A DNA stretch of 51,156 bases from an uncultured Candidatus Sericytochromatia bacterium (GTDB lineage Bacteria; Cyanobacteriota; Sericytochromatia; UBA7694), in assembly GCA_964342365.1 (NCBI GenBank), contig CAYFGW010000001.1, positions 667 to 51,822 on the forward strand. Direction: 5' to 3'. Numbering within the stretch: the stretch's first letter is position 1; the number at the start of each line of letters is the position of its first letter. Under the pieces are notes generated by a model, which was not told the DNA's origin, did no database searches, and worked only from the letters and a program-made list of their open reading frames with translations. The translations under genes and the position numbers were made by a program. Shown piece by piece: positions 48,203-51,156 of the stretch.

Positions 48203-48835
48203 ATGCAAGTGAACAACAACCCCACTGCAAACCGCATCCAAAATGCACTGGCTCCCATTACCCAGGCAGCCAATAGCGTGAACACCGCCATGTACGGCGC
48301 TCCCCCTAGCAACCTGGGCACTGACAACTATGCCGCTACCACCGCTCGTGGTCCCGCAGCTCCTGCTCAAAAAGTACCCCTGTTTCAATTTTTTGACGAC
48401 ACCATGCGTCCTCCCCACCCCGTTAACTATAAAATTGCAAACCGCCTGAACATGGTCGGCATCAATGATTCTTCTGAATTCTTAAAAGTAGCCAACACCC
48501 CTTTCAAGCGTAAAATGGTTTCCTATCTGGCCGGGGGTCTGTTCCTCAATAAACAAGACCGTCAGTATGTGGATTATCAAATTGCCGCCTGGGCCGGTCA
48601 GGCTGACCTGATGCGTGCCGGTGCTGATTTACAAACCGCTCGCTTAGCACAGGTGAGTGGCGCTGGAGACGTTTCTATTATGTCTCGCTACCGTAACCCC
48701 GTAGACAAAGGCGTTCTTTACGCTGCTATGGCCGCTAACGCTCTGCAATACGGCTACCACATGCCTCCCTTTTCTCAGGTGTCTCAGCTGATTGACTCTG
48801 CTTCTCAGACCCCTCCCACCGTTCGCTGGAACTAA
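48203..48835 (+). CDS. DUF4332-like protein with low-complexity N-terminal extension
   Basis: ANRLNMVGI..FLKVANTPFKRK..WAGQADLMR..ARLAQVSG..RNP follows the DUF4332 pattern from memory. Confidence 0.6.
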   Translation: MQVNNNPTANRIQNALAPITQAANSVNTAMYGAPPSNLGTDNYAATTARGPAAPAQKVPLFQFFDDTMRPPHPVNYKIANRLNMVGINDSSEFLKVANTPFKRKMVSYLAGGLFLNKQDRQYVDYQIAAWAGQADLMRAGADLQTARLAQVSGAGDVSIMSRYRNPVDKGVLYAAMAANALQYGYHMPPFSQVSQLIDSASQTPPTVRWN

Positions 48836-48861
48836 AAATATATCTCTTATTCTCTCAACGC

Positions 48862-48885
48862 AACCCCGCAACATGCGGGGTTTTT
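48862..48885 (+). terminator. Intrinsic terminator
   Basis: AACCCCGCA-ACA-TGCGGGGTTTTT. Confidence 0.85.
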
Positions 48886-48982
48886 CTTCTGGGACATCCA
48901 GGTTTGCGAAAATTTTTGTATCGTCAAGTTCGTGAGATGGTATGATGCACACGCTGAATATTTTAAGTCATGGAGGAAAATA

Positions 48983-49312
48983 ATGGGATTTTTTAGTCGG
49001 TTATTTGGACAAGAAGAAGAAACCCCTCAGGAAGTACCTGCAGAGTATCAGGAAAAGGGGAGCACCATTCCTATTGAACGTCAGGGGCCAAATGGCGAAT
49101 ATGATCAGAGTGGTCTTGCTAAACGCGTGGCTATTGCCTTTGATAATCACCCCACGCTAGACGATGTAGAAACCCTCTGGGTGGCCCAGGCCGGAACAAA
49201 AATTGTGCTGAAGGGAACGGTGCCTGAAGAACTTATTTCGCGCATGATTTCTGTGGCGCGCCATGTAGAAGGTGTATCTGAAGTCGATAGCAGTGGTGTG
49301 ACAGCCGCATAA
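48983..49312 (+). CDS. BON-domain protein
   Basis: GGAGG SD; GEYDQSGLAKRV..LWVAQAGTKIVLKG..ARHVEGVSEVD. Confidence 0.8.
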   Translation: MGFFSRLFGQEEETPQEVPAEYQEKGSTIPIERQGPNGEYDQSGLAKRVAIAFDNHPTLDDVETLWVAQAGTKIVLKGTVPEELISRMISVARHVEGVSEVDSSGVTAA

Positions 49313-49338
49313 ATAAGACGTGTTTTGTTTCGTGCAAA

Positions 49339-49376
49339 ACGCCGCATAATCCTTATGTATTACGCGGCGTCTTTTT
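49339..49376. terminator. Hairpin terminator between convergent genes
   Basis: ACGCCGCATAAT-N8-ATTACGCGGCGT-CTTTTT. Confidence 0.7.
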
Positions 49377-49385
49377 ATATTTTAT

Positions 49386-49952
49386 TTAGAAGCCTTCGGT
49401 CATTTTGTTAGCGAGCATGCCGCCTGCCACACCGCCTGCTGCACCCGCAGCCGTAACAAGCACGGTGCCCATAACGCCCTTAACGGGGATAAAGCTGGCA
49501 ATGCCTGCTGCGCCCACGCCGGTCAGACCGCCCACGGCACCGCCGATACTGTCTTTAATAACGTTACTAACGGCTTCAGAACTGTCTACCTTACCGGTAG
49601 CAACACCCACACCGTTACCTACAGCAGATACACCCGCAGAAACCAGGGCGGAGAGTCCGGCACCTTTTAAGCCGGTGATGGCGGTGTTTTTAAGTCCGGT
49701 AACGCCGCCTTTGAGGCCGTTGCCGAAAATAGATTTCATATCAGCGTTCATTTTTGCGCCCAGTTTATAACCGGCGAAGCCCCCGCCAGCAGCATGAGAA
49801 GCCATGGAAGAAATAGAACTGAAGTCGGTAGAGAAACCGCTGCCTCCGGTATTTTGGTCATCAGCAACGACGAAGGAATTGCTGTAAGCAGAGTTGGAAG
49901 TGGCCTGTACAGGCATATAGGATTGAGTGGACTGAATAGCTAAGCTTGACAT
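49386..49952 (-). CDS. Gly/Ala-zipper (MamC-like) protein, S/T/Q-rich N-terminus
   Basis: LKGAGLSALVSAGVSAVGNG..GKVDSSEAVSNVIKDSIGG; AAGGA SD. Confidence 0.85.
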   Translation of the reverse strand: MSSLAIQSTQSYMPVQATSNSAYSNSFVVADDQNTGGSGFSTDFSSISSMASHAAGGGFAGYKLGAKMNADMKSIFGNGLKGGVTGLKNTAITGLKGAGLSALVSAGVSAVGNGVGVATGKVDSSEAVSNVIKDSIGGAVGGLTGVGAAGIASFIPVKGVMGTVLVTAAGAAGGVAGGMLANKMTEGF

Positions 49953-49975
49953 GATAATTTTTTCCTTCTTAATTT

Positions 49976-50716
49976 CTAGTAGCCGTAATACTGCTGAGGA
50001 GCATAGTAATTTTGTGTGGTGGCGTAATTATTATTGGTACCGCCCAGGGCATTGCTGACACCGGTGGCGACCTTATCTCTCAGGCCGCTGCCGTCAAAGA
50101 GAATATTGACGCCCGTTGCACCCAGAGCACCGGCTGCTGCTGCACCCACGGTGGAAATCAGATTGCCGCCGGGCAGAAGCATGGAAACGGCTCCAGCGGT
50201 TAAACCACCACCGGTACCTGCTAAAATACCGCCTACGGTATCGGCCGCCACGTTTCCGCCTGCGGCTGCATTGCTAATTTCACCACGCGAAGCGGCTGCA
50301 AAGTTTTTTACACCGGAAACCACACCCATGACACCGCCACCAATTAAGCCTGATTTCAGGCTGGCAGCGCCCAGGTTACGTAAACCAGCGCCAATGCCCT
50401 GTCCTTTGAAAGAACGAAGAGCGTCAGCGGTTTGTTGATGGGTAATGGCACCTGCGGCACCACCGGCCAGGAGAGATCCCACCAGACCGGCTTTGGGACC
50501 GCCCAGAGTGGCGGGCATGGGAGCCGGGTAGTAAGGAGCGGGTTGCTGCTGATAAGTATCGTCGGTGAAAACCGAGGCAATCTGGTTAGCAGCATGACCC
50601 ACAGCATCAATGGCTGGAATCATGGTTTCAGCGGCGCCTTGAACAGCTCCTAAATTTTGCTGCCAGGTGTTCATCGTATTAACGGCACCCTGTACGCCAT
50701 TTGCAAAGTTACCCAT
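49976..50716 (-). CDS. Gly/Ala-zipper (MamC-like) protein, Q/Y/P-rich termini
   Basis: AAGGAG SD; LKSGLIGG..SGVKN..RGEISNAAAGGNVAADTVGG. Confidence 0.85.
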   Translation of the reverse strand: MGNFANGVQGAVNTMNTWQQNLGAVQGAAETMIPAIDAVGHAANQIASVFTDDTYQQQPAPYYPAPMPATLGGPKAGLVGSLLAGGAAGAITHQQTADALRSFKGQGIGAGLRNLGAASLKSGLIGGGVMGVVSGVKNFAAASRGEISNAAAGGNVAADTVGGILAGTGGGLTAGAVSMLLPGGNLISTVGAAAAGALGATGVNILFDGSGLRDKVATGVSNALGGTNNNYATTQNYYAPQQYYGY

Positions 50717-50789
50717 TTTTTTTCTCCTTACGGTTCGGTGTCTTAATATATATATCGTTTGCACCTGTAAATAACTTACCTGATCAAAT

Positions 50790-50805
50790 TTAAGGCTGAA
50801 TTAAC
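50790..50805. promoter_or_regulatory. TTAA-N7-TTAAC box
   Basis: TTAA-GGCTGAA-TTAAC upstream of the 50716 gene. Confidence 0.45.
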
Positions 50806-50838
50806 TTATGAGAAAAAGCAGGTTAATTTTTAAAAGAG

Positions 50839-50868
50839 AAAAAACTCCACTCAATTGAGCGGAGTTTT
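50839..50868 (-). terminator. Intrinsic terminator of the partial 50945 gene
   Basis: Minus strand AAAACTCCGCTCA-AT-TGAGTGGAGTTTTTT. Confidence 0.75.
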
Positions 50869-50944
50869 GGAGTTATCGCCCGGCGAGGACAAAGCCAGCC
50901 GATAGCATATAATCTTGGGTCTAAGGGAGTTGGTCGAAGGGGAT

Positions 50945-51156
50945 TTAGAAGCCTTCGGTCATTTTGTTGGCGAGCATGCCGCCTGCTACACCGCCTGCTG
51001 CACCGGCAGCGGTCACGAGGATGGTGCCCATAACACCTTTAACAGGAATGAAGCTGGCGATACCGGCTGCAGTTACGCCGGTCAGACCGCCTACTGCACC
51101 ACCGATGGTGTCTTTTACTACATTGCTTACTGCTTCAGAGCTATCAACTTTACCGG
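50945..51156 (-). CDS. 3' end of a close paralogue of 49386..49952 (truncated by the window edge)
   Basis: Hand translation: GKVDSSEAVSNVVKDTIGGAVGGLTGVTAAGIASFIPVKGVMGTILVTAAGAAGGVAGGMLANKMTEGF*. Confidence 0.9.
   Translation of the reverse strand, partial: GKVDSSEAVSNVVKDTIGGAVGGLTGVTAAGIASFIPVKGVMGTILVTAAGAAGGVAGGMLANKMTEGF

Noticed and set aside
49386-51156. Magnetosome island
   Set aside because: Only a MamC-like pattern; no mamA/B/E/K/M/Q or feoB-like genes in the window.
1-51156. CRISPR arrays, tRNA/rRNA, IS elements, defence systems
   Set aside because: No spaced repeats, RNA gene signatures, transposases or nuclease cassettes recognised by eye.

Overview
Gene-dense bacterial chromosome segment with no rRNA, tRNA, CRISPR array, integrase or transposase. 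Gene content (SepF, SLH-domain porin, DUF2993, SpoVS, a flagellar rod-type gene, CheA, NuoJ-N, NDH-2, no photosynthesis genes) suggests a diderm, non-photosynthetic relative of Cyanobacteria, possibly Sericytochromatia-like; this is inference. Housekeeping genes (sepF, plsC, coaBC, nuoJKLMN, ndh, UDG, ptrB, smpB, priA) are interleaved with uncharacterised genes. The main unexplained signal is a dispersed set of proteins that lack Sec signal peptides, have polar low-complexity N-termini and mostly carry Gly/Ala-zipper C-terminal helices. Four are paralogues with a MamC-like domain, and one of these is divergently transcribed from an orphan FlgF/G-like gene lying beside a GT41 glycosyltransferase. 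Several share TTAA-N7-TTAA boxes and a G(G/T)GNCATAATA element upstream, consistent with a co-regulated set of possibly flagellar/type-III-exported membrane-inserting proteins. Other oddities: a degenerate MshEN-PilB ATPase, an orphan two-HPt CheA, CoaBC lacking the catalytic Cys clamp, a frameshifted bestrophin, an AT-rich two-gene islet, many apparently leaderless genes, and structured leaders upstream of ndh and the porin.
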